DNA of 43,000 nucleotides from Rhynchopus sp. YZ270_cl-10 (Eukaryota), in contig OZ037836.1 in the NCBI GenBank assembly GCA_964035575.1, positions 2,108,001 to 2,151,000 on the forward strand, written 5' to 3'. This document shows positions 34,184 to 43,000 of this stretch, one piece after another; the first letter of the stretch is position 1; the number at the start of each line of letters is the position of its first letter. A program made the translations under genes and the position numbers. A model generated the notes under the pieces. It was not told the DNA's origin, did no database searches, and worked only from the letters and a program-made list of their open reading frames with translations.

Positions 34184-36022
34184 ATGCCAATGGCGGGCGA
34201 AGAGGGGCAGCAGGCAGAACAGAAGCAGCAGAAGCACGAGAAGCAACGGAAACAGCAGAAGCAGCAACAACAAAAGGCGGACCAGGAGAAGAAGGAAGCA
34301 TTGCAGCGTGCGTCGGACGCGTGGCAGCAAGCCCTGGAGGTACGGCGGGAGCATCGTCGGTCGTGGGGACCGGATTTGGCCGCGCTTCGGGGCACTTTTG
34401 GCGACCGCCAGCAGGAGTTGAGTCGTTTCCTGGAGGAACAGAATGTGCGTCTGGACCAGGCGAAGGCGGCGGACAGGCATCGTGTGGAGGAGCTGACCGC
34501 CAGGCACAAGCGGGAACTCGCAGAGGACGCGAAGAAGATGCATGCGCAGTACTTGGAAGACTGCGATCGGCACCCCGAAGCAGGAGAGTCGCTCCGGGCG
34601 GAGTACGACAGGCAACGCTGCGAGAGGCATTACGCCATCGCAGCTAAGCATGAGTCGGAGCAGAAGGCGACCACTCTGTTGTTGACGGCGGTGAACCTCT
34701 CCCGACAGCTGGAGGCAGAACGCATGGTGGCATACGGGCGGTGCTTTGGGGTGGTGTGCGAAGGGCGGCTATTCCTCCCCTGCCATGCGGTGCGGAGAGC
34801 GGTGGGCGACGACCCTGAAGGACTCGAACCTGACTGCGTCGGCGACTGGATGGCTCTCTTTGGTCCTCAAGGTGCTTCTCCGTGCCCGGGCGAGTTCCTG
34901 TACTGCTGGGCGACACAGCAGCCGTGGAGTGGGAACGGGGAGGGGGACGGTGATTGCCCGGAGTCGGTGGTCGCCCGTCAGGCGGTTAGGAAGATAGCAG
35001 GGGAGGCCGGATACTGCGACACCTGGGGCAAGACCAGCGCGGTCATCGTCGTTCGGGAAGGCAGGGTCAGCTGGGGAACCCCTTCTCGGGATCAGCTGGA
35101 GGAGGAGGTGGGGCGACAGGCCGAGGCGGCAGACACCGAGGTGCGTGTGAAGGTGGAGGAGATGGATGATGATGAGCAGGAGCAGGAGGAGGACCTCGAC
35201 ACCGCGATGGAGGGGGCGGATCGCTCGCATTCTCTGTCAGTGGAAGGCATCCCTGACCAGAAGAAGCAAGCGAGGGTGAGGGAATTGCTGAGGGCGCAGA
35301 GCGAGGCTTGGATGTGGACGGAGGAGGAGCGGACGGAGAGGGGGGGTCTTTTCCCGTGCCTCACCATGGGGTCGCCGGTGCCTTCTTCTGTGACGAAGTG
35401 GATCTCCCTGTTCCACTACCGTCAGGGAGAGAAACAGGATGGCAGACCCTTGTTGTCACTCCCCCTCTCTACCGCTACTTTCACTCAGTGGTATGAGGTG
35501 ATGAAGGTGGTGGGTTTGCATGAGTGGTCGGTTAAGGAAAAGTGCAAGGCAAAGTCGACGTTGCATGCCCTGACGGACAACCGGAGCAGTAGGGGGCAGG
35601 CCTTTGCAGCGGAGAGTACAAGGAGGGAGAATGAGGCACGAGCGGCTCGAGAGGGAATAGGCCGACAACCTCAAGCCTCCTCTTCTTCTTCTTCTTCTTC
35701 CTCCACCTCTGCAGGCCGTGGCACTACAACCTCCATCGCCCAACCTGCAGTCTCCACTTCTTCCTCCTCCTCATCGGCAGGCCGTGGCAATGCAACCTCC
35801 TCCGCCCAACCTGCTCCTTCCCCAGCTCCCAAAGGACCCCAGCGCCATGCAGCTCAGGGTAGGTCCAACACGTCGAACGTGTTCACCGACGCAGTGGCAC
35901 AAGCGACGCAGCATGTGCTCTCGCCCCAGGAGGTGCAGAGAGGGCGCAATGGTCGCGGTGGTGGACAGAAGGGGAGACAGAGCGGAGGAAGGAAGGGGAA
36001 AAAGGGGAATAAAAAGAATTAG
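34184..36022 (+). CDS. Orphan 612-aa protein (coiled-coil-like N-terminus, Cys/Trp-containing middle, Ser-rich linker, basic G/R/K tail), possibly ORF1/gag-like
   Basis: Long intact GC-rich ORF inside the insertion; no RT, endonuclease or CCHC knuckle recognised. Confidence 0.75.
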   Translation: MPMAGEEGQQAEQKQQKHEKQRKQQKQQQQKADQEKKEALQRASDAWQQALEVRREHRRSWGPDLAALRGTFGDRQQELSRFLEEQNVRLDQAKAADRHRVEELTARHKRELAEDAKKMHAQYLEDCDRHPEAGESLRAEYDRQRCERHYAIAAKHESEQKATTLLLTAVNLSRQLEAERMVAYGRCFGVVCEGRLFLPCHAVRRAVGDDPEGLEPDCVGDWMALFGPQGASPCPGEFLYCWATQQPWSGNGEGDGDCPESVVARQAVRKIAGEAGYCDTWGKTSAVIVVREGRVSWGTPSRDQLEEEVGRQAEAADTEVRVKVEEMDDDEQEQEEDLDTAMEGADRSHSLSVEGIPDQKKQARVRELLRAQSEAWMWTEEERTERGGLFPCLTMGSPVPSSVTKWISLFHYRQGEKQDGRPLLSLPLSTATFTQWYEVMKVVGLHEWSVKEKCKAKSTLHALTDNRSSRGQAFAAESTRRENEARAAREGIGRQPQASSSSSSSSSTSAGRGTTTSIAQPAVSTSSSSSSAGRGNATSSAQPAPSPAPKGPQRHAAQGRSNTSNVFTDAVAQATQHVLSPQEVQRGRNGRGGGQKGRQSGGRKGKKGNKKN

Positions 36023-36200
36023 AGAGTTAGAGAGTTAGAGGGTGAGAGTGTGTGTGTAGAAGCGTGTAGAGAATGACAGTTTGCCCCATGTTTATTTTTA
36101 ACCCTTTTTATTTTGTGTTTTTTGTTCTTTTCATCCTTTGGGGTTTGCCCCCCCTTTCCCCCCTTTCCGCCCCCCTTCCTATTTGTTAATATTTTTGGTT

Positions 36201-36328
36201 GGCTGCTGGCTAGGACGGGTCTACCCCAGCGACGGCCCTTACCCCTTGGACGAGGCTCTGAGGGTAGAGGGCAGTCTCGGAGTAAGACCTGTCTAAGAGC
36301 CAGGCCAGTGGCATCAGGAGCCATTGGG
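36201..36328 (+). other. Predicted long RNA hairpin plus a short second hairpin
   Basis: Nested pairs CTGGCT/AGCCAG, GACGGGTCT/AGACCTGTC, GCCCT/AGGGC, TACCC/GGGTA, TTGGA/TCTGA with G-U pairs; then CCAGTGGC/GCCATTGG. Confidence 0.5.
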
Positions 36329-37009
36329 CCACTTTTATAGATTGTGCAGTAGAGTAGAGTTTGTACAGAACTCTTGTCCTTTGAGTTCCTTTTTTCACTC
36401 CTTTAGTTTTTCATTTTTACCTTGTGAAGGTCAATTTAAATTTTTCATTTTTCAAAACCACCACAGGTAAGCACGAGACCCACCATTGTTGTTGTTGATT
36501 TTGTTGTGCGTTATTGTTGTTTTCCCCTTTGGGTGTCAGTCAGTCGGGTCAGGTCACACTTACAGAAGTTCTCAAAAATTTTCACCAAAAAGAAAACTAC
36601 TAAAAAGATTATGGAACTTCCTTTTTATTTGTTTGTGTGTTACAGAGGAAACGGCTCACTCAATCCCCTCCTTCTCCTCCCCTCCCCTCCCCAAGACAAA
36701 GCAAAATAAAACTACACCGGTAGACAGAGCAACCCTCCCGTCCCATCCCCTCCCCTTTTCCTTTTGGGAAAAATTGCACTCACATACGACCCTTTTGCTT
36801 ATTTGCAGGGAAGTGTTGGTTGTAGTTGTCCCAGATGCTTTCTATTTTAGTGCCACTAACTGTGTTTTCAGGCACTGTCTTGCCAGTACAATAGTAAAGT
36901 GCCCTTGTCTGGACATCTAGCTGTTTACATACTCGCTTGACTAGTAAGTACCCCCTCTGTCACTGGATGTAGATAAAAAAAGCGAGCCTAGGGCTAAGTT
37001 GAACAACAC

Positions 37010-37055
<46 letters not shown>

Positions 37056-37721
37056 CCAAAAGTGAATTTTTTGGGCTTAACGTGTTGTTTGGGGGTATTG
37101 AGGCCCAAAAAAAAATTTTTTTTCAGTCGTGTTCAGAAATTGGACTGCCAAATGACATGTGGCATTCGGCCAAAAATCAGCTTTTTTGGTCATTTTTACC
37201 TTGTAAAACATGACACTTGTGGCATGCTTCCCAGTACAGGAAAGTGCATTGAAAAACCTGAAAAAACACATGTAATATGTGATGGTCAAAAGTGCAAGAT
37301 TCCTTCGTTAATGAACTTTTTGAGTACCAGTTATACCTGGGGAATATGGTCAGATCACTCTTTTGACCATCTGTCATGTACCACAAAAACACCACTTTTT
37401 AACAGGGCACTTTTCACCTGAAAAGCCAGTTCATGAAGGCATGAGTGAGGTTTTTTTGTGATGCGTTACCGTGAGCGGGCGCGCGAAGCGCGCACGCGAA
37501 CGCCCCGCGGGAAGCGAATAGCTGACCGCCTGCCCAGTGCGTGAGGTGCTTACAAAAAAAACCACCTGTAAAAAAAGTGTGGTCCTCATCACGTTTCCAT
37601 GGAAGTGTCACACAAGAACGACAGGTTTTTTAGCCCGTCACCAAATGGGTTGCAGCAAGCACTTGTATGTGATGGGAATCATGTGTGTTTTTTTGGGGTT
37701 TGCAGAAGGTGATGCTAACGT

Positions 37722-37727
37722 AAAAAA
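37722..37727 (-). terminator. T6 tract after the SL RNA 3' hairpin
   Basis: T tracts terminate kinetoplastid SL RNA genes; this one directly follows the last stem-loop. Confidence 0.65.
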
Positions 37728-37841
37728 GGCCAGTCTCTTTCGAAACTGGCCATGTTTTGACAAAGTTGTGTGAGAAGAATATAATCTTCATGCTTCCATA
37801 CCAATGAAGTACAGAAACTGTAGCTTTAGAAATCGTTGGTT
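37728..37841 (-). ncRNA. SL: Spliced-leader (SL) RNA gene, about 114 nt
   Basis: 40-nt exon AACCAACGATTTCTAAAGCTACAGTTTCTGTACTTCATTG (37841-37802), GTATG donor, Sm-like AACTTTG, terminal hairpin GGCCAGTTTC-GAAA-GAGACTGGCC, then a T tract. Confidence 0.93.
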
Positions 37842-37879
37842 GCCTTTTTTCTCTACAACGTTCTGAGTACAGACGTGTC

Positions 37880-37894
37880 CTGGGAAGCATGCCA
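37880..37894 (-). promoter_or_regulatory. Candidate SL upstream promoter element TGGCATGCTTCCCAG (-53 to -39)
   Basis: Position is compatible with SL upstream elements; the same 15-mer recurs in opposite orientation in the repeat modules. Confidence 0.35.
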
Positions 37895-40800
37895 GTAGTG
37901 TAAAAAATATGATGGTTTTTTTGTACCTAACATCTTGTACACTGAGAAGGTTCTGCACAAGTGGAAGCCTATATAAGGATATTCATAAGAGTCAAAAGGG
38001 GCTTCTGAAGGGGTATATGGGTAGTATGAGCTCATATGAATCGATTTTTTTAAATAAATAGTTGCTCATCCAAAAGTGAATTTTTTGGGCTTAACGTGTT
38101 GTTTGGGGGTATTGAGGCCCAAAAAAAAAATTTAAGACAGTCCTGTTCAAAAAATGGACTGCCAAATGACATGTGGCATTCGGCCAAAAATCAGCTTCTT
38201 CGGTCATTTTTACCTTGTAAAACATGACACTTGTGGCATGCTTCCCAGCACACAATAGTGCAAAAAAGTGACCATAGAGTTTTTTTGTACACGTTACCGC
38301 GAGCGGGCGCGCGAAGCGCGCACGCGAGCGCCCCGTGGGAAGCGAATAGCGGACCACCTGCCCAGTGCGTGAGGTGCATACAAAAAAAAACCACCTGTAA
38401 AAAAAGTGTGGTCCTCATCACGTTTCCATGGAAGTGTCACACAAGAACGACAGGTTTTTTAGCCCGTCACCAAATACTCTTACTCTGAACGATGAGATTC
38501 CTCTGGTTTTAGTAAGGAACCCCCTGTTTGCAAAAAGTGCGTAAATCCTAAAAAACCTTAGTTTTTTAGTCTTTACTATAGAGATGTGCGCCACCCACAC
38601 CACACACCCGCAAACCCACACCCACACCACCCACCCACACACCCACCCACACACCCCCTCACCATCCAGAGGGGATTTGACCAAAAAATCGATTTTTTTA
38701 AATAAATAGTTGCTCATCCAAAAGTGAATTTTTTGGGCTTAACGTGTTGTTTGGGGGTATTGAGGCCCAAAAAAAAAATTTAAGACAGTCCTGTTCAAAA
38801 AATGGACTGCCAAATGACATGTGGCATTCGGCCAAAAATCCTAAAAAACCTTAGTTTTTTAGTCTTTACTATAGAGATGTGCGCCACCCACACCACACAC
38901 ACTACACACCCACACACAGCACACCCACACACACCCACACACACACCCCCTCACCATCCAGAGGGGATTTGACCAAAAAATCGATTTTTTTAAATAAATA
39001 GTTGCTCATCCAAAAGTGAATTTTTTGGGCTTAACGTGTTGTTTGGGGGTATTGAGGCCCAAAAAAAATTTTTTTTTCAGTCGTGTTCAGAAATTGGACT
39101 GCCAAATGACATGTGGCATTAGGCCAAAAATCCTAAAAAACCTTAGTTTTTTAGTCTTTACTATAGAGATGTGCGCCACCCACACCACACACACTACACA
39201 CCCACACACAGCACACCCACACACACACACACACACACCCCCTCACCACCAGGGGGATTTGACCAAAAAATCGATTTTTTTAAATAAATAGTTGCTCATC
39301 CAAAAGTGAATTTTTTGGGCTTAACGTGTTGTTTGGGGGTATTGAGGCCCAAAAAAAATTTTTTTTTCAGTCGTGTTCAGAAATTGGACTGCCAAATGAC
39401 ATGTGGCATTAGGCCAAAAATCCTAAAAAACCTTAGTTTTTTAGTCTTTACTATAGAGATGTGCGCCACCCACACCACACACACTACACACCCACACACA
39501 GCACACCCACACACACACACACACACACCCCCTCACCACCAGGGGGATTTGACCAAAAAATCGATTTTTTTAAATAAATAGTTGCTCATCCAAAAGTGAA
39601 TTTTTTGGGCTTAACGTGTTGTTTGGGGGTATTGAGGCCCAAAAAAAAATTTTTTTTCAGTCGTGTTCAGAAATTGGACTGCCAAATGACATGTGGCATT
39701 CGGCCAAAAATCAGCTTTTTCGGTCATTTTTACCTTGTAAAACATGACACTTGTGGCATGCTTCCCAGCACACAATAGTGCAAAAAAGTGACCATAGAGT
39801 TTTTTTGTACACGTTACCGCGAGCGGGCGCGCGAAGCGCGCACGCGAGCGCCCCGTGGGAAGCGAATAGCGGACCACCTGCCCAGTGCGTGAGGTGCATA
39901 CAAAAAAAAACCACCTGTAAAAAAAGTGTGGTCCTCATCACGTTTCCATGGAAGTGTCACACAAGAACGACAGGTTTTTTAGCCCGTCACCAAATCCTAA
40001 AAAACCTTAGTTTTTTAGTCTTTACTATAGAGATGTGCGCCACCCACACCACACACACTACACACCCACACACACACACACCCACACACACACACACACA
40101 CCCCCTCACCACCAGAGGGGATTTGACCAAAAAATCGATTTTTTTAAATAAATAGTTGCTCATCCAAAAGTGAATTTTTTGGGCTTAACGTGTTGTTTGG
40201 GGGTATTGAGGCCCAAAAAAAATTTTTTTTTCAGTCGTGTTCAGAAATTGGACTGCCAAATGACATGTGGCATTCGGCCAAAAATCAGCTTTTTTGGTCA
40301 TTTTTACCTTGTAAAACATGACACTTGTGGCATGCTTCCCAGTACAGGAAAGTGCATTGAAAAACCTGAAAAAACACATGTAATATGTGATGGTCAAAAG
40401 TGCAAGATTCCTTCGTTAATGAACTTTTTGAGTACCAGTTATACCTGGGGAATATGCTCAGATCACTCTTTTGACCATCTGGCGTTTACCACAAAAACAC
40501 CACTTTTTACAGGCCACTTTACAGGCCAGTTCATGAAGGCACGAGTGAGGTTTTTTTGTACACGTTACCGTGAGCGGGCGCGCGAAGCGCGCACGCGAAC
40601 GCCCCGCGGGAAGCGAATAGCTGACCGCCTGCCCAGTGTGTGAGGTCCTTACAAAAAAAACCACCTGTAAAAAAAGGTGAGGTCCTCATCACGTTTCCAT
40701 GGAAGTGTCACACAAGAACGACAGGTTTTTTAGCCCGTCACCAAATCCTAAAAAACCTTAGTTTTTTAGTCTTTACTATAGAGATGTGCGCCACCCACAC

Positions 40801-41817
40801 CACACACACTACACACCCACACACAGCACACCCACACACACCCACACACACACACACACACACCCCCTCACCACCAGGGGGATTTGACCAAAAAATCGAT
40901 TTTTTTAAATAAATAGTTGCTCATCCAAAAGTGAATTTTTTGGGCTTAACGTGTTGTTTGGGGGTATTGAGGCCCAAAAAAAATTTTTTTTTCAGTCGTG
41001 TTCAGAAATTGGACTGCCAAATGACATGTGGCATTCGGCCAAAAATCAGCTTTTTTGGTCATTTTTACCTTGTAAAACATGACACTTGTGGCATGCTTCC
41101 CAGTACAGGAAAGTGCATTGAAAAACCTGAAAAAACACATGTAATATGTGATGGTCAAAAGTGCAAGATTCCGTCGTTAATGAACTTTTTGAGTACCAGT
41201 TATACCTGGGGAATATGGTCAGATCACTCTTTTGACCATCTGGCGTTTACCACAAAAACACCACTTTTTACAGGCCACTTTACAGGCCAGTTCGTGAAGG
41301 CACGAGTGAGGTTTTTTTGTACCGTTACCGTGAGCGGGCGCGCGAAGCGCGCACGCGAACGCCCCGCGGGAAGCGAATAGCTGACCGCCTGCCCAGTGTG
41401 TGAGGTCCTTACAAAAAAAACCACCTGTAAAAAATGGTGAGGTCCTCATCACGTTTCCATGGAAGTGTCACACAAGAACGACAGGTTTTTTAGCCCGTCA
41501 CCAAATTTCCTGTGGCTTTTTCCCGCCAAGAGGTCGTTTTGTTGCATTTCCGAACCAATCCCGGATTGTGGTGGGGGATGTACGGAAAAACACAGAGAAG
41601 AGTGAGAAAACCCAGGACGGTTATGGCCTCGGAGGGGGTGTGCCCCATGGCGTCCTAATCAATCTTTATCCGTGAGGGAGGGGGGATCATCCTCAGGGGG
41701 GATGTGGTGCCGTACTCAAAATAAAATGAACTGTACATAAGTACATTTTTTTTTTTTTTTTTTTTTTTCTTTTTTTTTTTTTGGGAAATAGTCAGATTTA
41801 CCCTACCCTATTTTGAA

Positions 41818-42004
41818 AAAGTTCAGACTTGCCCGAAATAAGTTCAGACTTGCCCTAAAAGTGTTTTTAGGGCAAGTCTGAACTTATTTCGGGCAAGTCT
41901 GAACTTATTTCGGGCAAGTCTGAACTTATTTTTAGGGCAAACACTTTTTTTAGGGCAAGTCTGAACTTTTTTAGGGCAACCCTGCACTTATTTATTGGGC
42001 AAGC
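41818..42004. repeat. Short direct and inverted repeats of AAGTTCAGACTTGCCC beside a T tract (41746-41782)
   Basis: Two forward copies, then four exact and a few degenerate copies of GGGCAAGTCTGAACTT. Confidence 0.85.
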
Positions 42005-42496
42005 TGGGGGCTCTTGGGTTACAGAGCCCGGCGGTCGTCGTTTTTGCGTTTCTGTTTAGGGCACGTATGGGCTATTCGCGACGAGTCCTGGTAGTGAAAT
42101 GAGCAACCTATGGTATGGAGCTTTTTTTCCATGCAACTGAATTTCCTCGTGTCCAGGACACCCCACTTTCCGAGCAAAATTAAATAATGACACAAATGGG
42201 AGGGGAAAACCCTCTGACCTTTATCATCACTCTAAAAAACTCTCAGGTACCGCACCGCAGTACCGCACCACGATCCGAGACCCGTACAGAACAGAGACCA
42301 GAAAAAAGACTTCCGCACCCAAACGCGACTCCTCATAGAACACGACGTAGTAGTAACAAAAAAAAAAAATACCGATTACTGCAGTAAGTACAAAGCCTTT
42401 GGGCGACATTGTACAGGTCCTACATCATGTACGTAAAATTGTCGATACAACCAAAGAAAAGCATAGTGGTGCACCCTCGGGTGTCTGCACTACTGC

Positions 42497-42523
42497 AACA
42501 ACTATTTCTATAGCTACAGTTTC
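42497..42523 (+). pseudogene. Degenerate SL exon fragment
   Basis: AACAACTATTTCTATAGCTACAGTTTC vs SL AACCAACGATTTCTAAAGCTACAGTTTC (2 substitutions, 1 gap); the 3' end of the exon is missing. Confidence 0.55.
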
Positions 42524-43000
42524 CCCACCTCTACCTTTAACTTTTTATACGAGGATGTAATTCTCCGGGATTACTCCGCGATTGTCGTCACAACAAAAAA
42601 GTCCAGAGGACTTGTTGGTCGCCTTACTCATTTGGATCAACGGTATGTATATGCTACTCATTACAATGTTAGCCACTTCTATTGCCAGACACCGGGGCAA
42701 ATAGTAAGTGCAAGAAAACTGCTTTTTGGAAACCAGGAAAACATGATGGACACTCCACTCCACGTGCGGACATGTTTGGCACTTCTGCATGCGTGCAGTA
42801 TCCAAATGTGTCCCCGTGGGAACAAAGTGATAAAGATGTGTCCACTGTGTACAGGGAAAAAACTTTGCGCTCCCCCGGACAGTGCACAATTCAACCCCTT
42901 GTTGTGGGTGGTCTTGTTGCCTTTTGGAACAACAACAATTTTTCCACGTTGTTGCATTTTGGCCAGGCATGCTCTTGAAAGCATGACAATTTGATTGCGT

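Larger units (their letters stand above)
33930..37051 (+). mobile_element. Poly(A)-tailed retro-insertion with a 37-bp target-site duplication and no RT
   Basis: TCATCCAAAAGTGAATTTTTTGGGCTTAACGTGTTGT at 33893-33929 and 37052-37088; A41 at 37011-37051; uninterrupted target copies at 38066 and beyond. Confidence 0.8.
37052..41506. repeat. Modular tandem repeat, 8 units of roughly 290-1014 bp
   Basis: TCATCCAAAAGTGAATTTTTTGGGCTTAACG recurs 8 times; units differ by the presence or absence of internal modules. Confidence 0.95.

Noticed and set aside
38476..38545. snRNA or 5S rRNA linked to the SL gene
   Set aside because: No convincing U-snRNA or 5S motif found on either strand by eye
42545..42994. 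Overlapping ORFs at the window end
   Set aside because: No recognisable domain and no frame clearly favoured

Overview
Repeat-rich eukaryotic nuclear DNA, most likely from a diplonemid (Euglenozoa): a spliced-leader (SL) RNA gene with the euglenozoan exon core CAGTTTCTGTACTT.ATTG|GTATG lies on the minus strand at 37728-37841. 1-10.2 kb holds microsatellites and inverted-repeat elements carrying fragments of ubiquitin-system genes (USP protease, RING finger). 10.6-26.6 kb holds five intronless genes encoding a ubiquitin-like domain plus 25-aa leucine-rich repeats. Their repeat number and four codons per repeat are hypervariable, and those codons are nearly always NNC. Their C-termini differ: a CaaX motif in one gene, a bipartite-NLS-like tail in the others. 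Interspersed are a broken glycoside-hydrolase pseudogene, a TTAA-flanked piggyBac-like element and a foldback element. Next come a receptor-type degenerate cyclase gene and a DIRS-like RT/RNase H relic. A 3.1-kb poly(A)-tailed, RT-less insertion with a 37-bp target-site duplication and a 612-aa orphan ORF sits in a modular tandem repeat that also holds the SL gene. All calls come from motif recognition by eye; no searches were run.
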